Assembly (NCBI GenBank): GCA_964394085.1
Contig: CAYMWF010000020.1
Coordinates: forward strand, 11,615 to 75,614
Length of the DNA: 64,000 nt
Direction of reading: 5' to 3'
Source of the DNA: an uncultured Gemmatimonadota bacterium
GTDB lineage: Bacteria > GCA-2686955 > CAYMWF01
Shown: positions 55,184-64,000 of the stretch, piece after piece
Numbering within the stretch: the stretch's first letter is position 1
Layout of the letters: every line of letters begins with the position of its first letter
Made by a program: the position numbers and the translations under genes
The notes under the pieces: model-generated
The model's input: only the letters and a program-made list of their open reading frames with translations
What the model was told of the DNA's origin: nothing
The model's database searches: none

Positions 55184-57775
55184 ATGTCTCCATCGTTTAA
55201 CAATGGAAAAACCGGCAATATCCTCGACACCTCAGTTAAGAAGCTGAAGCAGCGTGGCCAGGGGATCGTCGCGGTCAGAATCAGGATCGAGGGTATTGTT
55301 CAAGGAGTGGGTTTCAGACCGTTTGTTCACAGGCTCGCCCGCAAGCACGGCATTTCCGGGTCCGTATCGAATACAACGAGCGGGGTGACCATTGAAGCTG
55401 AAGGGGAAAAGATCGACATTTCGAGCTTTTATGCTGACCTGGAGAAACTGGCGCCCCCGGCAGCGCAGGTCCAGGGCAGAAAAATAGAGCATAAGGAGCT
55501 TCAGGGCTTCTCCGGGTTCAGGGTGCATGAAAGCGTTCACGAGACTGGAAGTTCCATCCTCATGCCTCCTGATCTCGGCACCTGCCGTAACTGCCTCGAC
55601 GAGTTTTCTAATCCTGAGGACCGGAGATACCTTTATCCGTTTATCAACTGCACGGATTGCGGTCCCCGTTTTTCGATCATCGAGACCCTGCCCTACGATC
55701 GTCCTTCGACGACAATGAAACACTTCGATATGTGCCCGGAATGCTTACGGGAATACAGCGAAATCTCGGACCGTCGCTATCACGCTCAGCCGAACGCCTG
55801 TTTCGACTGCGGTCCCGCCCTCGAGCTCCTCCCCGGGAAAACGGCCCCGTCTTCAGACGTTGAAGCGCTCAGCGGAAAAACTTTCCCGCTTTCAGACGAA
55901 GAAGCCCTCGAATTCGCACTGAAGCGCCTGGCTGAAGGTGCAATCATCGCAGTCAAGGGACTTGGCGGATTTCACCTGGCGTGCGACGCTTCGAACGAGA
56001 CGGCGGTGGAAACTCTGAAAGGCAGGAAAAGGAGAGAAAAAGATAAACCACTGGCCGTAATGACGCCATCATTGGAGATTGCAAGGGAGTATTGTGAAAT
56101 CAGCCCCGAAGAAGAAAACCTGCTGGTCAGCCCTCAAAGACCGATCGTCCTGCTCGAGAAGAAGCAGAGCTGCTCCTTATCCCTGAATATAAGCCCCGGG
56201 AACCGGTACCTCGGGGTCATGCTCCCCTACACTCCTCTTCACTACCTTCTTTTCTGCGGTCGACCCGAAACAGCGGATCCGAAAGGGAGGGAGGACGAGA
56301 CAATCAACCTGAACAGGCGGGGCAACGAGACCGCCGATATGAGACGCCGGACGGTTGAAATTTCGGCCGGCGGGCCGGAATCCATGTCCGGGTCAACGGG
56401 TAAAAGACCTCTCTTCCAGGCGCTCGTTATGACAAGCGCCAACACGAGCGACGAACCGATTGTCAAAGACAATGGTGAAGCAATGGAAAGGCTGTCCTCC
56501 ATTGCCGACTGTATTCTGTGTCACGACCGGGACATTCACAGGCGAACCGATGATTCCGTAATCGGGATTATAAACGATAAGACCGGGTTTATCCGTCGTT
56601 CGAGAGGATATGTTCCGTATCCGATCGTGCTGGACCGTGAAACATCGGCGGTGCTCGCCTGCGGAGCGGAGCTCAAAAATACCTTCTGCCTCACGAAAAA
56701 GAACGCGGCCTTCCTCGGCCAGCATATCGGCGACCTGAAAAACCTCGAAACATACGAGCACTTCCGCGAAAGCCTGGAGCGGTTCATGTCCGACTTCCGG
56801 ATAGAACCCGAATACGTCGCCTGCGATCTTCACCCCGATTACATCAGCACCCGCTTCGCCCGCGATTTCGTATCGAAACGCCTGAACGGCGATGAAGACA
56901 GGCTGTTCGCCGTCCAGCATCATCATGCCCACGTGGCGAGCTGCATGGCGGAAAACGGGTTGAACGAAACGGTGATCGGAGCAGCCTTCGACGGAACGGG
57001 TTTCGGAAGCGACGGCACGATCTGGGGCGGAGAATTCCTCATCGCCGATCTGCGTGATTTCAAGAGGGTCGGACATCTGGAAAAGGTACCCCTTCCCGGC
57101 GGAGACTCCGCGGTCATGGAACCGTGGAGAATGGCTGTTTCGTATCTGTTGCACACTTTCGGCGAGGGGCTGGAAATCGGTGATTTTCCGTTTGCCGTGA
57201 ACATCGCTGCAGATAAACTGGAGATTCTTTCCCGGATGATCGGGAAAAACATCAATACCGGCAGAACTTCCAGCATGGGCAGGTTGTTCGATGCCGTATC
57301 CGCGATGGTCCTGTCCAGAAACCTGGTGACTTACGAAGGCCAGGCCGCGGCGGAGCTCGAGCATCTCGCCGACGGACATCTGACATCGAGATATGAATAC
57401 GCTTCCACCGAACGGGACGGGGTGATTATCATCGATAACCGGCCTGTGATTCGCGGCCTGGTAAAAGACATCGAACGGAGAGTCAGCCCTTCGATCATGT
57501 CCGCTAAATTCCACAACACGGTGGTAAGATATTCCGCGGACACATGCCTTGTACTGTCGGAAAGAACGGGCATCAAAAAAATAGTCCTGTCGGGCGGGTG
57601 TTTCCAGAACCGGTATCTTACCGAAAACCTGATTTCCCTTCTCGAAAAGTCCGGTCTCGAGTGTTATTACCATACCAGGGTGCCTTGCAACGACGGCGGC
57701 ATCGCTCTCGGTCAGGCGCTTTCAGCGAATGAGAGGAGCAAGCATGTGCGTGGGGATTCCGGCGAGGGTTATTGA
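55184..57775 (+). CDS. hypF: [NiFe]-hydrogenase maturation carbamoyltransferase HypF
   Basis: Acylphosphatase domain (VQGVGFRPFVHRLA), two CxxC Zn-finger pairs (CRNC...CTDCGPRF; CPEC...CFDCGP), YrdC and Kae1-like domains. Size 863 aa. Confidence 0.95.
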   Translation: MSPSFNNGKTGNILDTSVKKLKQRGQGIVAVRIRIEGIVQGVGFRPFVHRLARKHGISGSVSNTTSGVTIEAEGEKIDISSFYADLEKLAPPAAQVQGRKIEHKELQGFSGFRVHESVHETGSSILMPPDLGTCRNCLDEFSNPEDRRYLYPFINCTDCGPRFSIIETLPYDRPSTTMKHFDMCPECLREYSEISDRRYHAQPNACFDCGPALELLPGKTAPSSDVEALSGKTFPLSDEEALEFALKRLAEGAIIAVKGLGGFHLACDASNETAVETLKGRKRREKDKPLAVMTPSLEIAREYCEISPEEENLLVSPQRPIVLLEKKQSCSLSLNISPGNRYLGVMLPYTPLHYLLFCGRPETADPKGREDETINLNRRGNETADMRRRTVEISAGGPESMSGSTGKRPLFQALVMTSANTSDEPIVKDNGEAMERLSSIADCILCHDRDIHRRTDDSVIGIINDKTGFIRRSRGYVPYPIVLDRETSAVLACGAELKNTFCLTKKNAAFLGQHIGDLKNLETYEHFRESLERFMSDFRIEPEYVACDLHPDYISTRFARDFVSKRLNGDEDRLFAVQHHHAHVASCMAENGLNETVIGAAFDGTGFGSDGTIWGGEFLIADLRDFKRVGHLEKVPLPGGDSAVMEPWRMAVSYLLHTFGEGLEIGDFPFAVNIAADKLEILSRMIGKNINTGRTSSMGRLFDAVSAMVLSRNLVTYEGQAAAELEHLADGHLTSRYEYASTERDGVIIIDNRPVIRGLVKDIERRVSPSIMSAKFHNTVVRYSADTCLVLSERTGIKKIVLSGGCFQNRYLTENLISLLEKSGLECYYHTRVPCNDGGIALGQALSANERSKHVRGDSGEGY

Positions 57776-57977
57776 GGTTTTTCCGGAGACGGACACCGCG
57801 GACGTGGAAATCGGCGGTATAGTGCGGAGAGCCGGCATCCACCTGGTCGACAGTGTGAAACCGGGTCAATACGTGATTCTGCATGCAGGTTTCGCAATCC
57901 AGGTCCTCGATGAGGAAGCGGCGAAGGAAACCCTCGAGCTGCTGGCGCAGATCGCTGATCCATCCGAGGATCACTGA
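57744..57977 (+). CDS. hypC: Hydrogenase maturation factor HypC
   Basis: Starts MCVGIPARVIEV, the canonical MC(L/V)(G/A)IP N-terminus. About 77 aa. Overlaps the hypF 3' end. Confidence 0.9.
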   Translation: MCVGIPARVIEVFPETDTADVEIGGIVRRAGIHLVDSVKPGQYVILHAGFAIQVLDEEAAKETLELLAQIADPSEDH

Positions 57978-58052
57978 AATACCCGGTGGGTAAGGGATCC
58001 CGGAGAATATGGTGACTCGGAGGAGCATATAGATCCGAAGCGGCACAGAGAC

Positions 58053-58274
58053 CCGAGGATCACGGAGCCCACGAGGATCACGGAACCCGCGAGGATCACG
58101 GAACCCACGAGGATCACGGAACCCGCGAGGATCACGGGGATCACGGAGCCCACGTGGATTACGGAGCCCACGGGGATCGCGGAACCCACGGGGATCATGG
58201 AACCCACGAGGATCGCGGAACCCACGGGGATCATGGAACCCACGAGGATCACGGAACCCACGAGGATCACGGGG
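58053..58274. repeat. About 12 copies of an 18-bp tandem repeat (consensus cgaggatcacggaaccca) between hypC and hypD
   Basis: Units counted directly. One plus-strand frame is open across the array and encodes a His-rich (HEDHGT)n peptide. Confidence 0.9.
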
Positions 58275-58327
58275 CCTTCTCGAGGAGCAAGGAGTTTCTC
58301 AACGCTCGGATTCAGGTAAAACCTTGA
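58154..58327 (+). CDS. Candidate small His-rich protein (57 aa from in-frame GTG; MDYGAHGDRGTHGDHGTHEDRGTHGDHGTHEDHGTHEDHGAFSRSKEFLNARIQVKP), Hpn-like putative Ni-binding peptide; start uncertain
   Basis: Only open plus-strand frame through the repeat array, open from 58016. The first in-frame start is GTG 58154, preceded by GGAG. The stop TGA 58325-58327 overlaps the hypD TTG start 58324. Speculative. Confidence 0.3.
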   Translation: MDYGAHGDRGTHGDHGTHEDRGTHGDHGTHEDHGTHEDHGAFSRSKEFLNARIQVKP

Positions 58328-59418
58328 AATATATAGATGAGTTCAGAAACAAGGCATTGTGCGGCAGGATGCTCTCGGATATCGAGCGGGCCATTCGCCG
58401 GAAAACCGTGTTCATGGAAGTGTGCGGCACCCACACCGTTTCAATCTTCCGGAGCGGTATCCGGAATCTCCTGCCCGATGAGCTGACCCTTCTTTCCGGC
58501 CCCGGATGTCCCGTCTGCGTCACATCCCAGGAGGAGCTTGACCGGGCCATAGCGTTATCCCGGCGGGACGGAACCATCATCGCAACGTACGGCGATATGC
58601 TCCGCGTTCCCGGTTCCGGGTCCAGCCTGGAAAAGGAGAGGGCGGCGGGAAGAGATATCAGGATCGTCTACTCAACTCTTGACGCACTCGGAATCGCCGA
58701 AAAGAACAGCCCGAAAGACGTGGTTTTTCTGGGCGCCGGCTTTGAGACTACCGCCCCCGCCTCCGCTGTCGCCGTGCTCGAAGCAGAGAATAAAAAGCTG
58801 CACAATTTCTCTCTGCTGTCGTGTCACAAGCTGATTCCCCCGGCGATGAAAGCGCTTCTCGAAAGCGGTGAAACCGCGATAGACGGATTCCTGTGCCCGG
58901 GCCACGTAAGCACCATACTCGGTTCGACCGACTACGAATTCATCGCCGGCGACTTCAAGACTCCCTGCGTCATAGCCGGGTTCGAGCCGCTCGACATACT
59001 CGAAAGCCTGTTGATGCTGACCCGGCAGGTCACCTCGGAGCGGGCTGCAGTAGAGATACAGTATAAAAGAAGCGTCAAGCCTGAAGGAAACCCGAAGGCC
59101 AGGGAGCTTTTATACCGGGTTTTCAACCGGGCGGATTCAAAGTGGCGGGGCCTGGGCCCGATCCCTTCGAGCGGATTGAAACTGAAAGAAGAATTCGCCC
59201 CCTTCGATGCGAGCCTGAAATTCGATACCGGAAAAATGGAAAGTTACGACCCTCCCGGTTGTATCTGCGGGGATATCCTGCGAGGCGTCAAGCTCCCGTT
59301 CGATTGCCCGCTATTCGGAAAGAGATGCACCCCGGACGAGCCGATCGGACCCTGCATGGTCTCTTCGGAGGGCACATGCGGCGCTTACTTCAAATACGGG
59401 AAGAGGGAACAGCTATGA
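58324..59418 (+). CDS. hypD: Hydrogenase maturation factor HypD
   Basis: CGTH...GPGCPVC and C-terminal CPVC/CxxH-type motifs. TTG start. Size 364 aa. Confidence 0.95.
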   Translation: MKYIDEFRNKALCGRMLSDIERAIRRKTVFMEVCGTHTVSIFRSGIRNLLPDELTLLSGPGCPVCVTSQEELDRAIALSRRDGTIIATYGDMLRVPGSGSSLEKERAAGRDIRIVYSTLDALGIAEKNSPKDVVFLGAGFETTAPASAVAVLEAENKKLHNFSLLSCHKLIPPAMKALLESGETAIDGFLCPGHVSTILGSTDYEFIAGDFKTPCVIAGFEPLDILESLLMLTRQVTSERAAVEIQYKRSVKPEGNPKARELLYRVFNRADSKWRGLGPIPSSGLKLKEEFAPFDASLKFDTGKMESYDPPGCICGDILRGVKLPFDCPLFGKRCTPDEPIGPCMVSSEGTCGAYFKYGKREQL

Positions 59419-60431
59419 ACTTGGACAGGGTCACGCTTTCGCACGGCGGCGGCGGCAGGCTCATGCACGAGCTGATCGAAAAAATGTTCGTTTCGAAATT
59501 CAGCAACCCCGCGCTGGATGAAATGAACGACAGCGCCGTAATCGAACCGGATCCGGGTTCGGCCCGCCTGGCTTTCACCATCGATTCCTTTGTCGTCGAT
59601 CCATACTTCTTCCCAGGGGGGGACATCGGGAAGCTCGCCGTGTGCGGGACGGTCAACGACCTGGCGGTCCAGGGAGCGAAACCGCTCTTCCTGGCAGCGT
59701 CTTTTATCCTCGAAGAGGGCTTCCCGGGAGAGGACCTCGAAAGGATCGTCGCGTCGATGGCTGAGACCGCCGAAGCCGCGGGAGTCGAAATCGTGACCGG
59801 CGACACGAAAGTCGTAGAAAGGGGCTCCTGCGACAAGCTGTTTCTGACAACCGCCGGAATCGGAACCGTCCGGCGGAAGACGGAACTCACCGGACGCAGC
59901 ATCGAACCCGGGGATAAAATCATCCTGAACGGCTTCATCGGCGATCACGGAATCGCCGTGCTGTCTTCGAGGGAAGGCTTGAAGTTCAGCACCGGCCTGG
60001 TCAGCGACTGCGCCCCGCTCGGCCGCCTCGTCGGGGATATGCTGGCGGAGTCTCCGAAGATAAAATGGATGAGAGATCCCACCCGGGGAGGCGTCGCGGC
60101 GACCCTCAACGAAGCCGTCTCCGGAAGAGATTTCGGAATTAAAATCGAGAAAAAGAAAATCCCCGTTCGCCGGGAGGTTCGGGGGGCATGCGAAATGCTG
60201 GGTTTCGACCCTCTGTACATCGCCAACGAGGGCAAAATTGCAGCCATCGTCTCCGAAGACGCAGCTCCGGCGGTTCTCGGAGCGATGCGCAGGAACGAAG
60301 ACGGCGCGGATTCCGTAATCATCGGAGAAGTCGTTTCGGAACCGGCCGGAATGGTTATCCTCGAAACGGAAATCGGAGGTTCCGCGATTCTCGATATGCC
60401 GCGGGGAGAGCTTCTACCCAGGATCTGCTGA
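59415..60431 (+). CDS. hypE: Hydrogenase maturation factor HypE
   Basis: Start MNLDRVTLSHGGGG (ATG 59415 overlapping the hypD stop as ATGA). AIR-synthase-like fold. C-terminal PRIC. Confidence 0.95.
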   Translation: MNLDRVTLSHGGGGRLMHELIEKMFVSKFSNPALDEMNDSAVIEPDPGSARLAFTIDSFVVDPYFFPGGDIGKLAVCGTVNDLAVQGAKPLFLAASFILEEGFPGEDLERIVASMAETAEAAGVEIVTGDTKVVERGSCDKLFLTTAGIGTVRRKTELTGRSIEPGDKIILNGFIGDHGIAVLSSREGLKFSTGLVSDCAPLGRLVGDMLAESPKIKWMRDPTRGGVAATLNEAVSGRDFGIKIEKKKIPVRREVRGACEMLGFDPLYIANEGKIAAIVSEDAAPAVLGAMRRNEDGADSVIIGEVVSEPAGMVILETEIGGSAILDMPRGELLPRIC

Positions 60432-60444
60432 TCAGGAGTCGAAC

Positions 60445-61131
60445 ATGTGTGACCATTGCGGATGCGGCCGGCAGGCAAGGGAAATCGAAATAGCCCGTGA
60501 CGTCATGGAGCGGAACAACTCCCTGGCGGAAATCAACCGCGGTTATTTCGAATCGAAGAATATTCTGGCAATGAACTTCGTGAGCTCGCCGGGCTCCGGA
60601 AAAACCAGCCTCATCGAACGGATGATAAAAGATACGGGAGGCGAACTGGCCTATTCGGTTATAGAAGGCGATCAGCGGACGAAACGGGATGCCCGCCGGA
60701 TCGAGGCCGCGGGAGCTCCGGTAATCCAGATCAATACCGGTGAAGGCTGCCATCTCAACGCGGACATGGTCATGGATGCGGTGAAAAAACTCGAAATCGC
60801 GGATAATTCCATCCTGATCATAGAGAATGTAGGCAACCTGGTCTGCCCTGCAATGTTCGATCTGGGCGAATCTTTGCGGGTGATTCTGTTCAGCGTAACC
60901 GAAGGGGACGACAAACCTCTCAAATACCCGACAATGTTTTATTCTTCGAATATATGCATAATCAACAAAATCGATTTGCTGCCCTATGTCGATTTCGACA
61001 TGAAAAAAGCCCGTGAATACGCGCTCAGCATCAACCACCACCTTGATTTTTTCGAAGTCTCCGCAAAAACGGGCGCCGGAATGGCCGGTTGGTACGACTG
61101 GCTGAAAGCCCGACGAAAACAATCTGAATAA
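60445..61131 (+). CDS. hypB: Hydrogenase nickel incorporation GTPase HypB
   Basis: N-terminal MCDHCGC metal-binding motif, P-loop SSPGSGKTS, and NVGNLVCPA. Confidence 0.9.
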   Translation: MCDHCGCGRQAREIEIARDVMERNNSLAEINRGYFESKNILAMNFVSSPGSGKTSLIERMIKDTGGELAYSVIEGDQRTKRDARRIEAAGAPVIQINTGEGCHLNADMVMDAVKKLEIADNSILIIENVGNLVCPAMFDLGESLRVILFSVTEGDDKPLKYPTMFYSSNICIINKIDLLPYVDFDMKKAREYALSINHHLDFFEVSAKTGAGMAGWYDWLKARRKQSE

Positions 61132-61685
61132 TTCCCAATCAGGTCGGGAAATTGAACCAATGGATGCCGGCGCGTTCCAGTTGATGAGGGAGCGTCTTTC
61201 TGCCCGCCGGACGATAGCGGAGTCATCCGGGGAAGGGTTCCGGTGGCGGGTTTATAGGAACACGTGTTCCATTCGAATCTTCCAACTTGATTGAATACGC
61301 CACCTGGAAACAGGGGGAAGGGAAAGGGCGACACTTCCCGAGTGGAGGAACAGAAGCGCTGATGTTTGAGCTGCGGCAGGGTGGGTGCTGCGAGCACGTG
61401 CGAGCAGCGGGAGGTGGAAGCAGTGAGTTTCAGCGCTTCCCGGAGCGAGGGTTAGCAGAGCCGGATGACGCAGCGTGCTCCGCCGGGCGGGAAGACGCTC
61501 CCTCATCAACTCCGCGGTGACGGCGGGAATGATTATCCTGTCCGCCCTGTACGGGGTAGATTCTCAACGGCGATTTCAGCAGAACACCTGCAACGCAGGA
61601 TGCTTACCAATGGCAATAGTTGACAGCTGCACCCCGAATCGGTGACCATGTCCGGTATGTCCAGGGATTTGATGAGGATTACTGA

Positions 61686-62207
61686 ATGAGAAACAAACTA
61701 TCATTATATATACGCATAACCATAGCACTATCATTTCTTGGTATCGCAGCCTGCACGGACAGCTCCGCCGCTTCAGGGGCTTCTGAAGATATCTGCATGG
61801 GCTGCCATGAGCGGATCAGGAAGTCGGACTGGAATAACAGCGCGCACAAACTCGCCGCCATCGGCTGCTTGGATTGCCACATTGAGATAGACGAGGTCGA
61901 CACCGAAACCGGCCACACGGTCGGTCTCGAACCGCCATCATGCGATATGTGTCATGAAGAAGGAATATCCATCGAATACGAAACCGGTGCGCGCGGTGAC
62001 GGCGAAACTGAAATTCAGGCATGCACGGTATGTCACGACCCTCACAAGGAGCCCCCCGGCAGCCGATGGAACCATGAATATATCAGCGGTATCACCAGGA
62101 TACCGTTTGTTGACCGTCTCGGCTCGCTGATGTTATTGGGTTCAATCGGTTTCGTCGCCGTGCACGGCTGCATAAGACTCATGACGAGAAGGAAGAAATC
62201 GCGATGA
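61686..62207 (+). CDS. Tetrahaem cytochrome c with C-terminal membrane anchor
   Basis: Four CxxCH motifs (CMGCH, CLDCH, CDMCH, CTVCH), an N-terminal signal/lipobox-like AAC and a C-terminal hydrophobic helix. Confidence 0.8.
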   Translation: MRNKLSLYIRITIALSFLGIAACTDSSAASGASEDICMGCHERIRKSDWNNSAHKLAAIGCLDCHIEIDEVDTETGHTVGLEPPSCDMCHEEGISIEYETGARGDGETEIQACTVCHDPHKEPPGSRWNHEYISGITRIPFVDRLGSLMLLGSIGFVAVHGCIRLMTRRKKSR

Positions 62208-62836
62208 ACAGAGAAAAAGAAGGATTTCTATATCTTCATCCGGTTACCGAACGTATCTGGCATCTCATACACGCGGCCGTCGTCCTGCTGCTGATTCTTT
62301 CCGGAACCCAGATCCACTGGCCGGACGGTATAAAGATATTTTCTTCTTTCAAGCAGGCGGTAAGTATCCATAATACCATCGGCTTGATCGCGGTCGCCGA
62401 TTTTCTGCTCTGGTTCTGGTATAACCTGCTCTCGAAAAGGATCACCCACTACCTGTTCGTTCCTGGAGATCTCCGGCACGGCGTCCCGGCCCAGGCTCGA
62501 TATTACACCGTCGGAATTTTCAAAGGCGAAACGAAACCTTTTCGACCGGCGCCGGAAAACAGATTCAATCCTTTGCAGAAACTGACGTATTTTGTGGTGA
62601 TGTTCGTGCTCGTGCCCCTTCTTCTGGCATCCGGTATCCTGTTCATGTATCCAATGGCGTTTTCAGGACTTATGGAACTTTTCGGAGGCCTGAAAGTCGT
62701 GGCCGGCTTCCACATCCTGCTGGCGTTCACACTCGTCAGCTTCCTTATCATCCACCTGTATCTCGCAACTATCGGAGCTGCTGTTCTCGATCAGTACAAA
62801 TCGATAATTACCGGCTGGGCGGTCGACGAAGGTTGA
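62204..62836 (+). CDS. Cytochrome b subunit (hydrogenase/formate dehydrogenase HyaC/PhsC-like dihaem membrane subunit)
   Basis: Four TM helices with conserved His (WHLIHAAVV; GFHILLAFTLVSFLIIHLY). Start overlaps the upstream cytochrome c stop. Confidence 0.7.
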   Translation: MNREKEGFLYLHPVTERIWHLIHAAVVLLLILSGTQIHWPDGIKIFSSFKQAVSIHNTIGLIAVADFLLWFWYNLLSKRITHYLFVPGDLRHGVPAQARYYTVGIFKGETKPFRPAPENRFNPLQKLTYFVVMFVLVPLLLASGILFMYPMAFSGLMELFGGLKVVAGFHILLAFTLVSFLIIHLYLATIGAAVLDQYKSIITGWAVDEG

Positions 62837-62890
62837 TTTTCTTGTCGAGGAAGGCTCTCTGCCCCCGACTGTGAGTTGTCCGGCCGGGAA

Positions 62891-63481
62891 TCAACCTTCC
62901 GGAATGGGGTGGGCTATTTTCTGGAGGGCTTCTTCGTAGTTGAACCCTTTGAAATGGGCATTCCCTTCCGCTTTATGGCAGATCGTGCAGGTTTCTTCGG
63001 TGATTTCAGTCAAACCGGCGGCGACCGACTTGGCATGATCTTTCATGACGGCCGGCTTCCAGTATCCGCTCCCGGGGCCGTGGCATGCTTCGCAGGTTAC
63101 GCCGTCATCTTTGACGAAGCCTTTCTGAAATCTTGCCGCGTCGAGGCCGTAGCCGGTGGTGTGGCACTTGAGGCATTCGGGCGCTTCGGTTGGATCGGCG
63201 GTCAAGCCGGCTTCTTCAGCGGCTTTCTTCGCCTGATCGGTTTTCAGCGTCTCGAAAGCGCGGAAGTGGCCTGATTCCATCCACTTTTCCTTCTGCATCC
63301 CCCGTTTTTCGCCCTTATGGCACATAACGCATTTCTTTTGTCCTGCATACAGATATTCATCGGCTGCGGCCGCGGGACAAACAAAGGCCGCCGCAAGTAG
63401 TCCGAGCAGGGCGAAAGTAATTGGAAGTATCCTGGATATACTGTTTCTCGACCTCATTGGTCCCTCCCTGGAATCAGGCAA
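62891..63481 (-). CDS. Periplasmic tetrahaem cytochrome c
   Basis: Four CxxCH motifs (CVMCH, CLKCH, CEACH, CTICH). Signal peptide after MRSRNSISRILPITFALLGLLAAA; the likely start is 63457. Confidence 0.8.
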   Translation of the reverse strand: MPDSREGPMRSRNSISRILPITFALLGLLAAAFVCPAAAADEYLYAGQKKCVMCHKGEKRGMQKEKWMESGHFRAFETLKTDQAKKAAEEAGLTADPTEAPECLKCHTTGYGLDAARFQKGFVKDDGVTCEACHGPGSGYWKPAVMKDHAKSVAAGLTEITEETCTICHKAEGNAHFKGFNYEEALQKIAHPIPEG

Positions 63482-64000
63482 CGGCGGGCAGAAGCTCGAG
63501 CACGGTCTTCAGGTTTCCCGGGCATGCATACAGACACCAGTGCCCGACCGGAAAGAAACCGTGAGGAGTGTCGATGATTTCGAATCCCGGCGCTTTCCGG
63601 CTTCCCGGAGGAGTAATCACATCCCCCGTGGTGCCTACCGAGATCAACCGGATATTTTCAGGTGACGGCGCGGCCTTGATCTCCCGGATGATGTCGCTTC
63701 CCGGCCTCGTCTGGGTCAGGCCTTTGATCAAACTGAGAGGCGGCAGGTAGCTCACGATGGCCGTTCTGCTGCCGTTCAGAGGCCCGCCCAGGGAGATCAT
63801 AGTATCTATTTTACCCGCACCGCCGCCGCATGCGACGTAATAGTACCCGATAAGGCCCCCGAGGCTGATACCGACGAGCGACGCCCTCTCCGCTCCAGTC
63901 CTCTCGAGAGCCCGATCCACGACCCGGTCGACCCTTTCCGCGGATTTCCTGATATCGCCTGTGTTCATTAAGTCCTGAGGAACCGTATAGACGCGGTATC
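63474..64000 (-). CDS. Alpha/beta hydrolase (lipase/esterase-like), 5'-partial (continues beyond window)
   Basis: GxSxG motif GISLGG. The frame is open to the window end upstream of M63968. Confidence 0.5.
   Translation of the reverse strand, partial: YRVYTVPQDLMNTGDIRKSAERVDRVVDRALERTGAERASLVGISLGGLIGYYYVACGGGAGKIDTMISLGGPLNGSRTAIVSYLPPLSLIKGLTQTRPGSDIIREIKAAPSPENIRLISVGTTGDVITPPGSRKAPGFEIIDTPHGFFPVGHWCLYACPGNLKTVLELLPAVA

Noticed and set aside
57971-58270. Minus-strand ORF encoding the (ILVGSV)n hydrophobic repeat across the 18-bp tandem array
   Set aside because: It is antisense to the hyp operon and is the mirror frame of the His-rich peptide. It has no coupling to flanking genes. I kept the plus-strand His-rich frame as the more plausible one, still speculative.
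58053-58274. Possible CRISPR array (regular 18-bp repeats)
   Set aside because: The units are contiguous with no spacers, no leader and no cas genes. It is a simple tandem repeat.
61132-61685. Another CACGTG site (gagcacgtgcgagc, about 61392-61405) and a TTGACA(61619)-17-TGACCA promoter-like sequence upstream of the cytochrome c gene
   Set aside because: The flanks of this CACGTG are not palindromic like the main motif family, and the -10 element is poor. It is probably a chance occurrence.

Overview
This is a 64-kb high-GC (roughly 60-65%) bacterial chromosomal window. The gene content points to an anaerobic, possibly uncultivated lineage: a sigma-54/GAF regulator, a [NiFe]-hydrogenase maturation operon hypF-hypC-hypD-hypE-hypB followed by cytochrome b and multihaem cytochromes c, a three-gene corrinoid methyltransferase module, and an IolG/IolD-like pair plus an aldehyde dehydrogenase. 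The dominant theme is six paralogous secreted right-handed beta-helix proteins. Five of them share a nearly identical mature N-terminus (A-[AT]-I-[RH]-[VL]-P..QPTIQAGIDA...GDTVLV) and end in an IDMGAYE-type motif. They are interspersed with lower-GC, probably horizontally acquired genes: a DUF3604/PHP-like gene, a DUF4143 AAA ATPase with a decayed tandem paralog remnant, a 749-aa acidic secreted protein and an IS3 transposase OrfA fragment. Non-coding highlights, all read directly from the sequence: (1) CACGTG-core palindromes and degenerate variants (perfect forms TTTCTCCACGTGGAGAAA and TTTTGTCACGTGACAAAA) occur about 14 times in intergenic DNA, clustered around the beta-helix genes and upstream of hypF. 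(2) A (GTGA/TCAC)8 tetranucleotide tract sits between a strong RBS plus ATG and the now out-of-frame 749-aa secreted-protein ORF; this is a candidate slipped-strand phase-variation switch, currently OFF. (3) An 18-bp tandem repeat of about 12 copies lies between hypC and hypD; its only open plus-strand frame encodes a His-rich (HEDHGT)n peptide whose stop overlaps the hypD start. (4) Several further tandem repeat arrays occur in promoter regions. No rRNA, tRNA or CRISPR array is evident. All functional calls rest on motif-level recognition of the translated ORFs and were not confirmed by database search.
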